A program made the translations under genes and the position numbers. 37,721 nt of DNA from Octopus bimaculoides. Taxonomy: Eukaryota. Below are positions 11,382 to 21,771 of the stretch, piece after piece (position 1 is the first letter of the stretch; each line of letters begins with the position of its first letter). The DNA lies in contig NC_068982.1 in NCBI RefSeq assembly GCF_001194135.2, positions 92,333,410-92,371,130 of the forward strand, given 5' to 3'. A model generated the notes under the pieces. The model had not been told where the DNA came from. It made no database searches and saw only the letters and a program-made list of their open reading frames with translations.

Positions 11382-12043
11382 ACATAAATAGTTCTTGCAT
11401 ACCTTTTTCATACACGAAATTCTGGTTGTGACAAAAGAAAGGCTTGAAAGTAGTATGGAAGATTTTAAACCGCTAAAGTATATTTTGGTCTAAGTTATTA
11501 GCCCCCCTTCCTACGTCAACATTATTCATGACCCTAGCTTCGGTCTGTGGTGACTCTTCCACTCATTTACGCTAACAATAATGGGTTAATGTTTACTTTA
11601 ACTCCTGGTCACCAAAAAAAAATATATATATATAATAGGTGTAAAAAATGTGTTTTAAACGAATACGAAAGCAAAAATTTGGATGGGGAGAGGACTTTCG
11701 GAAAATTCACAAGATCTGATTTTTTTCCCTCATTTATAACTTTTAGGAAAATGGATCTTTTAATGAAATTTTATATAAAATACCTTTCAAACGGCATAGA
11801 TTACAATTATAAAGAAATTTGTGGGGAAATTTTTTTCTGGGGTGGGTGGGGAGAGGACTTTCGACGAGAAAGAAATTCGTAAATTATTCTTTTGCTTGAG
11901 TGTAATGGAAATAAGTTTGAAAAAAAAAATTTTTAGATTAATCTTTTTTTCATTTGAGTAATGGAAAAAAGGTTTTAAAAAAGATCCCAACGGTGGAGAT
12001 GTGCTAAAAACAACAGCTAAATCGCCCATAACATTTCTTTTTG

Positions 12044-12576
12044 NNNNNNNNNNNNNNNNNNNNNNNNNNNNNNNNNNNNNNNNNNNNNNNNNNNNNNNNN
12101 NNNNNNNNNNNNNNNNNNNNNNNNNNNNNNNNNNNNNNNNNNNNNNNNNNNNNNNNNNNNNNNNNNNNNNNNNNNNNNNNNNNNNNNNNNNNNNNNNNNN
12201 NNNNNNNNNNNNNNNNNNNNNNNNNNNNNNNNNNNNNNNNNNNNNNNNNNNNNNNNNNNNNNNNNNNNNNNNNNNNNNNNNNNNNNNNNNNNNNNNNNNN
12301 NNNNNNNNNNNNNNNNNNNNNNNNNNNNNNNNNNNNNNNNNNNNNNNNNNNNNNNNNNNNNNNNNNNNNNNNNNNNNNNNNNNNNNNNNNNNNNNNNNNN
12401 NNNNNNNNNNNNNNNNNNNNNNNNNNNNNNNNNNNNNNNNNNNNNNNNNNNNNNNNNNNNNNNNNNNNNNNNNNNNNNNNNNNNNNNNNNNNNNNNNNNN
12501 NNNNNNNNNNNNNNNNNNNNNNNNNNNNNNNNNNNNNNNNNNNNNNNNNNNNNNNNNNNNNNNNNNNNNNNNNNNN
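12044..12576. other. Assembly gap (other gaps: 5926-5935, 19337-19572, 29302-29431, 32570-32646)
   Basis: Runs of N. Confidence 1.
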
Positions 12577-12930
12577 CCTTCCCTCAAAAACCAGGCCTTG
12601 TGCCTATAATAGAAAGGTTTATTAGCTACTGTCAATATGCTTCAGCCATTTTTTGACAAGGAAATAATAATTTTATCACCGCCAGAATCGTTTGTTTACG
12701 TAGTCAGCACTTAATGTATTCGGCTGAATGGACGTCAGTCATTGGTTGAAATTACAGAAATACGACAACTTTAATATGAAATAAATTGCAATATAATAAT
12801 TTTTCTTAAGACTAAGAGAAAAAGATGTTTTATATGACACATTCTACCAGTGTCCCAAGTTTCAAAGTGTTTCGTTAAGAAAATACTGGTGCCCCCGTTT
12901 TGAACTAGATCCGAAAAGACTTTTAGTTAA

Positions 12931-13996
12931 TTATTCCAGGACACCACGGACCACTCAAGCAGAGAATTATTGTTGGTTGAGACGTATCCAGGTGTAGGTG
13001 GTCTATCCAGTATTTCCTGGAGGAATTTGTCCAGGTACCATTTGAAAGTTGTGGGATCTTTTTCTACTTTAATTTCTTTATGGATAACATTGGGAAGAGC
13101 AGGACCATTTGCAGTGAAGAAATTGTGGCGGTGTTCTTATGCGATGTTATCTCGACCTTTATAGGGGGTGCATTGCACGGAGGCCTAGTCTTGGGTGAAT
13201 TGTAAACATTATACTGATATCATTTGGATAATATTAGCGAAATATTTTCCACATGGTATTGCCAAGAATAAAGTTTCAGCTGTTTAAGTCAAGCCCAATA
13301 ATCAAGTCCCATCATGCCATTTATTTTTTTAGTGATTGATCTTTGGTGCTCTTTGATCCTTGTTATGTCTTGTTTCTTGTAGGAAGACCACAATGGGCAG
13401 CAGTATTCAAGGTGTGGCCTAGTGAATGTGGAGAAGAGAAGGATGATGGTTCCATGATCCCTAGACTGAAAAGTTCTGAGAATCGATGAGCACATTCTGC
13501 GGGCAACATTGACTTTTTTGTTGATGTGTACTTTTCAGTTAAGGTTGATATTATCCGATGGTTCAAGTAGGTCTCCCGATGGTAGTGTATATGGCTGTTT
13601 GAGTGTGCCCTCATTTCCAAAGTGGATGAATTCAAATTTTTCTTCATTCAACTGCACATTATTTTTTTGTGCCCACTGGGTTACTGCGCATAGGTCCAAT
13701 TGAAACATCATTCGATCATATGCTCCCTTAATGACTTTCTGAAGCTTAGAGACATCTGCAAATGTTTTAATGGTGCTATGTTCAATAGAATCGGCAATGT
13801 CATTGATATAGATAATAAAAAGAAGTGGACCCAGAACAGTACCCTGCGGGACTCCACTGATGACCTTTTTTGGTCTTGAGTTGATACCATCAACCACAAC
13901 ATACTGGGTCGTGTTTGTTAGGAAATACCTAATCCATTGAAGTGGCTTTCCACTGACTCCAGCGTTTGAAAGTTTCCTTAGCAGTGTATTGGGATC
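12931..13996 (-). mobile_element. 5'-truncated CR1/L2-type LINE (RT C-terminal half and 3' end), decayed
   Basis: DPNTLLRKL..., SGVPQGTVLGPLLFIIYIND, TFAD, FTRPHLEYCCPLWS. Contains frameshifts. Confidence 0.9.
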
Positions 13997-14605
13997 TCTT
14001 TCAAAACCTTTTTCTATTACAAAATGAATCTAAAAAAATTTTTTTAAAACTTTTTTCCATTACATTCAAGTAAAAAAGTAATTTATGAATTTCTTTCTCT
14101 TTGAAAGTCCTCTCTGCACCCCCTCAGAAAAATTTTCCTCACAAATTTCTTTATAATCATAATCTATGCTGTTTGAAAAGTATTTATATAAAATTTCATC
14201 AAAAGATATCCATTTCCCTCAAAGTTACGAGGGGGAAAAATCGGATCTTGTGAATTTACCTAAAGTCCTCTCCCCACCCCCAGTTCGTTGGTGCAATTTT
14301 TTGTTTTCATATTCATTTAATACACATTTTTTTACACCTATTGCACTTGTTTTTTATTTTTTGGTTTGGTGACAAAGAGTTAAGGTAAACATTAACCCTG
14401 GTTAATGTTTACTTTAACTACACTTCAAATTACTCCACTAAACATGATACTCCAATAAATATAAACTCTCAACGACTCCTACGACTTACCTTGTTGCAAC
14501 CAATACGCTACTCTTTATAAGAGTTCGATGAGTCTATTCTTCCAATCACACAGGGGTGTCAATGACTCTCTCCACAATATATATATACACATGCATGCAT
14601 ACATA

Positions 14606-15218
14606 CAAGGTGCATTCAAAAAGTATCCAACTTCATTTTTCCCCACCAAAACTAATGATATGGTGGGGGGGATGCCACTCTTCCAGCACATGCATGAAAA
14701 TTTTCATGCCAGTGGGTCATATCAATTCCTGGCTATTATGCCTAGAGTACAGATGTAGTGTGTGCTCATCAGATTTTTGTTTTCACCAAATGCATCAAGT
14801 TTTACCAAAAGCTTGGTGATATTCAAGCTCAAATCATCCAGGAGATTCAGCAGGCTTTGGCAATGATGCCATGGCAAAACTCAGATCAAGGAGAAGTACA
14901 ACTGCTTCAAACATGGCTACACATCAGTGAAGAGCAAGGCACACTCAGGCAGGCCATCCACAAGCCGAAATGAGGAACCAATCAGGGAGATTTCGCAAAT
15001 AATCATGAAAGACTGTTGTGTAATAAACTAGGAAATTGCTCATGAAGTAGGAACAAGCACAAGATCAGTGCATTCCATTTTAACAGGATTTGTACATTCA
15101 GAAAGTGTCAGCAAAATTCATTCCCAAGGTGCTGGGTGAGCAGCAGAATCAACTCCACATGGAAATCACTCGAGATATGTTGGACAGTGCAGACCATAAC
15201 TTGGACTTCATGAAGACC
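14606..15218 (+). mobile_element. Decayed mariner 5' half
   Basis: TA+CAAGGTGCATTCAAAAAGTATCC TIR. Frameshifted CIKFYQKLG...SGRPSTS...KVSAKFIPK. Confidence 0.8.
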
Positions 15219-15350
15219 TAACTTTCATCATTGTTTGGGAACATTGGTAGTGCACTTCTGTACTGCTGTGTATCATCTGGTCCAGTTAACTTCAAATTTT
15301 GTTATCTATCTTTCTTGACTATCATATTTCTCCTCAGCAAGCACTTTATT

Positions 15351-17122
15351 CATCATCATCATCATCGTTTAATGTCCGTTTTCCATGCTACCATGGGTTG
15401 GACAGTTTGACTAAGGTCTGGAGAGCCAGTGGCTGCACCAGGCTCCAAACTGATCTGGTAATGTTTCTACAGCTGGATGCCCTTCCTAACGCCAACCACT
15501 CCGAGAGTGTAGTGGATGCATTTTACGTGCCACCAGCACAGGAGCCAGTCAGGTGGGCCTGGCATTGATCATATTCAGATAGTGCTTTTTAAATGTCTCT
15601 GGCACAGGGACCAGTCAAGGGGTATTGGCATTGTCCACGTTCAGATGGTACTTTTTATGTGCCACTGGCACGGGAGCCAGTCGGGCAGACCTGGCATCAA
15701 CCACGTTCAGATGGTGCTTTTTATGTGCCACCAGCATAGGAGCCAGTCAGAGGGCACTGGCCACAGCTACAATATTGGTTCTACTTGACTCAACAGGTCT
15801 TCTCAAGCATATCATATCACCCAACACATCGAGGGTACTCTTAACTGGGTCGGACATGCATGGCTGTGATCTCACTTTAATTGCTGGGTCTTCTCAATCA
15901 CAGCCTATCTCCAAAAGTCTCGGTCTCCTGTCATTGCCTCTGTGAGGTCCAATGTTTGAAGTTCATGCTTCACCACTTCATCCCATGTCTTCTTGGGCCT
16001 ATCTCTTCCACAGGTTCCTTCCACAGTTAGGGAATGGCACTTCCTCATACACCTGTCCTCATCTATATGTAACACATGACCATACAAGCGCAGTCGTCTC
16101 TCTTGCACACCACATTTGATGCTTTTTATGCCCAACTTTTCTCTCAGAGTGCTTACACTCTGTCGTGTATGCACACTGACATTACACATCCAGCAGATCT
16201 TACTAGCTTCATTTCTTTCAAGCCTACGCATGTCCTCAGCAGTCACGGCCCATGTTTCACTGCTGTGTAGCATGGCAGTTCACACACATGCATCATACAG
16301 TCTACCTTTCAACTTAAGCGAGAGGCTCTTAGTTGCCAGCAAAAGTAGGAGTTCCCTGAACTTTGCCCAGCCTATTCTTATTCTAGCCGCTACACTCTCA
16401 GAGCAACCACCTCCACTACAGACTTGGTCGCCTAGATAGTGGAAGCTATTAACTGCTTCTAGTTTCTTCCCCTGGCATGTGGTGGAATCTGTTTTCTGAA
16501 CATTTTCTGCATCTGCCACACACAAAAACTAGCTTCCTGGTTAACCTTCCTTTGATATTGCTGCACCTTTTATGTGTCCATAGCTTACACTGGGTACATC
16601 GTATGGAGTTTCTACCCATGCCTTTTCTACAGATCAAGCAGGGTCATCTGCCTGAAAGGGTGTTTTGATTTGACAGCCTTCTTACTTACTAAGACTGGTT
16701 TTTGCTAGGTTAACCCTAAGGCCCTTCGCTTCTAGACCTTGCTTCCACACCCTAAACTTTGTCTCTAGTTCTGGCAATGACTCAGCTATTAGAGCAAAGT
16801 CATCAGCATAGAGAAGCTCCCAGGAGTAGCTTTTTATTGCCTGGAGGACTATAATGAATAAGAGGGGGCTGAGGACTGATCCTTGGTGAACCCCTACTTC
16901 TACCTGGAATTCTTCATTATACTTGTTGCCAACCCTCACCTTACTGACAGCATCCCTGTACAGGGTTTGTACAGCTCTTACCAACCACTTGTCTATCCCC
17001 AGTTTCCGCATTGACCACCAGATAAGGGATCAGGGGACCCTGTCAAAGGCTTTCTCCAAGTCAACAACCAAGTACAGAGGTTTATCTTTGGCTAGATATT
17101 TCTCCTGCAGTTGCCTGACTTG
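15351..17122 (-). mobile_element. 5'-truncated RTE LINE (RT, PHD finger, C-terminus, 3' UTR, (GAT)n tail)
   Basis: DLEKAFDRVP, GVHQGSVLSPLLF, LLYADD, C4HC3 finger at ~16505-16645, ERRLRLYGHV. Confidence 0.95.
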
Positions 17123-17485
17123 TTAAAAATAGAAGCCAAATCTCTTTCAACCAAGACAAAGAATTGAAGGGTTTTTTTTTACTTCTAAAAGCTGAAATAT
17201 TTTGTTGGTTAACTGATTTAACAAATAATTCAATAACCTTAGAACAGATCAATGGTTAGTTTTATGGCCAGTCCAAACATAAGTTTGTGTTGAGATGAAA
17301 GTATGAAATCTTTGTATTTCTATAGGATTTTTCACAAGGGTATGCAATTTTCTTAATTTGGATGTTAGTATCTGTTTCAAGATACTTTACTTTTTTTTGA
17401 CATTTGTCTTATATTACATTATTATATTAATGACATTTCTTTATGAAATTATCTGGATTTTTCTTTCTTTTCTTTTCATTAACAG

Positions 17486-17611
17486 ATACAACCAGAATTT
17501 AATGTTGAAAGCCTATATTACTATTTACTCCTCTTCCCAGCATCTGTGGTAGTTATTGTTGTATGTTTATTTCTGAACTGGTTTGGACTGAAACTTTTCC
17601 AACACAACTAA
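17486..17611 (+). CDS. PIGY: PIG-Y family (GPI-GlcNAc transferase subunit Y) terminal coding exon, 41 aa
   Basis: Strong acceptor TTTCTTTTCTTTTCATTAACAG|. Translation IQPEFNVESLYYYLLLFPASVVVIVVCLFLNWFGLKLFQHN* matches the PIG-Y C-terminus as I recall it (human ...YSLLLPITIPVYVFFHLWTWMGIKLFRHN). AATAAA lies 60 nt after the stop. Confidence 0.82.
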   Translation: MQPEFNVESLYYYLLLFPASVVVIVVCLFLNWFGLKLFQHN

Positions 17612-17670
17612 ACCCACCAGTAAAGAATTTGTCAAGGAGCTGTGTGTATGAGAAATGTTAATATTATTTA

Positions 17671-17676
17671 AATAAA
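17671..17676 (+). terminator. Candidate polyadenylation signal AATAAA of PIG-Y
   Basis: First canonical hexamer after the stop at 17611. Confidence 0.45.
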
Positions 17677-18205
17677 ACTTTTTAAACTGGTGTAAAAATT
17701 TATTTTTAAAACTGATGATTTATAAATTAAAAGAAAGAATCCAGATATATGAAATGAGATTTTGTTTATGTTTTTTATCACACAGATATAGCAATCGGGA
17801 AATATAATTATATGTCAAAACCCCTGTGCACCAATGAGCTGAGTGTGTTGTACATGCTGTCATTGTAAAAGGGAGAAGTTATTCCCCTATGATATGTCCT
17901 ACAACGACCAGTATATTTTGTGTCTGAGACTGCCCAGACATGTTAAGAATAAATATGCAAATATTCCAGATCTTGCGCATTGTATAAATAATGATATTTT
18001 TTATATACATATACAGTTTCTATGAATCCATGAGTTAGAAAGAAGAAATTTAATTCCATACCTGCTATCTCTGAAGAGCACATGGTTTTAGTTAACTGCC
18101 CTGTTATCTAATATCCAATGTAAAATCAGTTTGTAAGATCAGCTGAAATTGATTTATAATACTGTGAACTTTGATTAATATATATAAATACATACACACA
18201 CACAA

Positions 18206-19882
18206 CATCATCATCATCATCATCATCATCGTTTAACGGCTGCTTTCCATGCTAGCATGGGTTGGACGATTTGACTGAGGACTGGTGAAACCGGATGGCA
18301 ACACCAGTCTCCAATCTGATTTGGCAGAGTTTCTACAGCTGGATGTCCTTCCTAACGCCAACCACTCAGAGAGTGTAGTGGGTGCTTTTACGTGTCACCC
18401 GTACGAAGGCCAGTTAGGCGGTACTGGCAACAGCCACACTCAAAATGGTGTATTTTATGTGCCACCCGATCAAGAGCCAGTCCAGGGGCACTGGCAACGA
18501 TCTCGCTCGAAAATCCTACGAAGGCCAGTCAGTCAGGCGATACTAGCAACGGCCACGCTCAAAATGGTGTATTTTATGTGCCACCCACACAAGAGCCAGT
18601 CCAGGGGCACTGGTAACGATCTCGCTCGAAAATCCTACGAAGGCCAGTCAGGCGGTACTGGCAACGGCCACGCTCAAAATGGTGTATTTTATGTGCCACC
18701 CGCACAAGAGCCAGTCCAGGGGCACTGGTAACGGTCTCGTTCGAAAATCCTTACACATGTCACGAGCACAAGTGCCAGAAAAGCGACGCTGGGCACAGGT
18801 GCTATCCCGATTTCGCTATTCGCTTGCCCCAATAAGTCTTCGCAAGCTGAGTTTCGTGTCCAATGAAGGAGACGACATTGGCACGGGTGCCAGTCGTCGA
18901 ATCTAATTCGATTTCACTTGCCTCAACAAGTCTTCGCAAGCGGAGTTTAGTGTCCAATGTAGGAAAGGTATGCATGAGTGGGCTGGCTACACCACTAGCA
19001 GATGCCTCAGATTATGGTCTCACTTGGCTTGCCGGATCTTCTCAAGCACAGCACATTTCCAAAGGTCTCGGTCAGAAGTCATCGCCTCGGTGAGGCCCAA
19101 TGTTCAAAGGTCTTGCCTCACCACCTCAGCCCAGGTCTTCCTGGGTCTACCTCTTCCACGGGTTCCCTCAAGTGTTAGGGTGTGGCACTTTTTCACGCAG
19201 CTATCCTCGTCCATTCTCACCACATGTCCATACCAGCGCAATTGCCTCTCTTGCACACCACAACTGATGCTTCTTATGTTCAGCTTTTCTCTCAAGATAC
19301 TTACACTCTGACGGGTATGCACACTGACATAACACANNNNNNNNNNNNNNNNNNNNNNNNNNNNNNNNNNNNNNNNNNNNNNNNNNNNNNNNNNNNNNNN
19401 NNNNNNNNNNNNNNNNNNNNNNNNNNNNNNNNNNNNNNNNNNNNNNNNNNNNNNNNNNNNNNNNNNNNNNNNNNNNNNNNNNNNNNNNNNNNNNNNNNNN
19501 NNNNNNNNNNNNNNNNNNNNNNNNNNNNNNNNNNNNNNNNNNNNNNNNNNNNNNNNNNNNNNNNNNNNNNNNCGTACACATGCGTCATACAGTCTGCCTT
19601 TTGCTGTCTGAGTGAGAGTCCCTTTGTTGCCAGCAGAGGTAAGAGCTCTCTGAACTTTGCCCAGGCTATTCTTATTCTAGCAGCTACACTTTCAGCGCAC
19701 CCAACCCCACTACTAAATTGGTCACCCAGATAGCAGAAGCTATCAACTACCTCTAGTTTTTCTCCCTGGAATGAGACAGAAGTTGTTTCCTGTTTGTTTA
19801 CAGTGTTTATTGCACCTGAACATCTGCCACATACAAAAACTAACTTCCTAATTAACCTGCCTTTGATATTGCTGCACCTCTT
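18206..19882 (-). mobile_element. 5'-truncated RTE LINE with an expanded tandem-repeat 3' UTR
   Basis: (CAT)n tail, QERQLRWYGHVVRM, truncated inside the PHD finger (KRCSNIKGRL..FVCGRC). Contains an N gap. Confidence 0.93.
18402..18750. repeat. Three tandem units of ~115-119 bp in the RTE 3' UTR
   Basis: Units start at 18402, 18517 and 18636 (TACGAAGGCCAG...TCGAAAATCC). Confidence 0.95.
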
Positions 19883-19885
19883 ATA

Positions 19886-20610
19886 GGTGTAGGAGTGGCT
19901 TTGTAGTTAAGAGGTTCTATGATCAGTCCCACTGCATGGCACCATAGGTAAGTATCTTCTACTATAGATCTGGACTGACAAAAGTAGATTTGGTAATTAG
20001 AAATTGAATGTGTCTGTATATACATATAAATATGTGTTTGTGGATGTACATATGCCAGAGTGTATGTGTGTGTGTCCTTGTCTTGACATTGCGTAATTGT
20101 TGTAAATGAGGTGACTGTCATGCAAGCAGTATCATCCATTTCTAATGTTCTGTGAAATCATGGTTTGCCATGGGGAAATATTACCTTGCTTGAAAACCCG
20201 TGAGGGTTGGTGACAAGGAGGGTATCTGGTTGAAGAAAATCTGTCTTAATAAACTCTGTCTAAATCATGTGAGCCTGGAAGAAATGTGGACGTTAACACA
20301 ATGATGATGTGGTTGTGTGGTGAAGAAGCTCACTTCTCAGCCATGTGGTTTCAGGTTCAATCTTACTGCACAGCACCTTGAGATTCTACTATAGTCCCCA
20401 ACTGATGAAAGTCTTGTGAGTGAGTTTAAATTGGGTAGGTGGAAACTGAAAACGTCTTTTGGTCTTGACATTGCATGATGATTCTAAAAAAGCACCATTT
20501 GTTTCCATTCATGGATGAAAAACATTTGGCCATAGAGATATATTACCTTACCTGGAAACAGGTGAGGGTTCAGTACAGGAAGAGCATTCATCTGTAGAAA
20601 ATCTGCAAGT
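19886..20610 (+). mobile_element. Cluster of two diverged SINEs (tRNA-like head, RTE-like tail)
   Basis: AGGAGTGGCT/GGTTCAATC heads, GTCTTGACATTGC bodies, GACGTTAA..(GAT)n tail. Confidence 0.65.
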
Positions 20611-21231
20611 GTTGCAAAGGGGACACTAAAATCACAATAATGATATGTGTACGTCTGAGTAGTGTGCATATATACTAGCTTAAAATTTGCACTCCATGTG
20701 GACTTTTAAGCTAGCTCTTGTGGCCCAAAACTAAAGGGAGCAGTAATAGAACATTTATTGATACCCTTCCAATATGGTATTTCCTTAAATTCGGTTTAAA
20801 TTTATATACATATATGTATAAGATATTTTTCAAAGCATGGTAAGTCCTTATTCATGCAGAAGTTACTTTGAAATTGGTTAATTTTGTTTTACTTCAATAT
20901 CCTCATTTTAGTCATTTAGTTGGACTTACATCAAATTTCTTACCATCGTAACACCTTGAAGCTACTTTAAAAAAGTTCAACTAAAAGTCACCAGGTACTT
21001 TAGGTAGAACAAATATCTTAATTCTGACAGCGCTACTAGCTTGTCTTTTCATTGGCTTATTAGGTCCCTACTTATTGATGCTTAATACAAACATACAAAG
21101 TAAAATTAAGAATGAACTTATGATGATAAATATGTTGCAAATATAGGCATTCTTAAATGTGTGATGGTGAAAATAAATTGCAGCCTCTTCATAAACCACT
21201 CTTGCGGACTATGTCAATGAGCTGGTGTTAG

Positions 21232-21771
21232 GGCTGCTGTAACAGCCCAGAATATACCCCTGTCAAGACTATACCCCCTCCAGACAGCCAGCCCAGAATA
21301 TACACTTGTCCAGACTATATACCCCATGCTTGCGGACAAATAACACATGTACCTCACTTGTAAATGTTGTCTCAGAGCATATTCAAACATAGCAATTTAG
21401 AATTATCAAATGCAAATATTCAATGTATCAATATAAACCCAATGTATAGGTAGACTGGAAAAAAATTGACGACTCTTGCATGCTGCACAGTGCACCTGTA
21501 CTATGAGTCATAACCTAGACTCATGCAAATGTGGCCATTCATGTTGTGTTTATATTAGTACATTTTAGAGTATTTTGCATTTGATAATTCTAAATTGCTA
21601 TGTTTAAACTGAAATTTACTTGTAACTTTTAATTCTTCATTGAGTGATATATTTTATATATGTTCAGAGGCAACTTTTATATGTGAGGTACATTTGTGTT
21701 ATTTGTCCGTATATGGGGTATATTCTGGTCTGGTTGTCTGGAGCGGGTATATTCTGAGCTGTTACACTGCC
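21232..21771. mobile_element. ~540-bp MITE with ~200-bp imperfect TIRs
   Basis: 21238-21259 pairs with 21745-21766 (21/22). 21385-21416 pairs with 21574-21605 (32/32). Confidence 0.8.

Larger units (their letters stand above)
11583..14398. mobile_element. Element bounded by ~410-bp inverted repeats (11583-11990 / 13989-14398)
   Basis: Arms align end to end from GGGTTAATGTTTAC to GATCCCAA, roughly 80-85% identical by eye. No clear TSD. Confidence 0.7.

Noticed and set aside
11787-12635. Long ORFs of 194-282 aa (also 19182-19733, 29103-29585)
   Set aside because: They consist mostly of X residues read through assembly gaps.
18285-18731. 148-aa repetitive ORF
   Set aside because: It is a by-product of the antisense RTE 3' UTR tandem array.
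18402-18750. CRISPR-like appearance of the tandem array
   Set aside because: Whole units repeat without unique spacers, the context is eukaryotic, and there are no cas genes.
20675-20715. Short imperfect hairpin (also 23466-23509) as a pre-miRNA candidate
   Set aside because: Stems are too short or loops too small, and a MITE-relic origin is more parsimonious.
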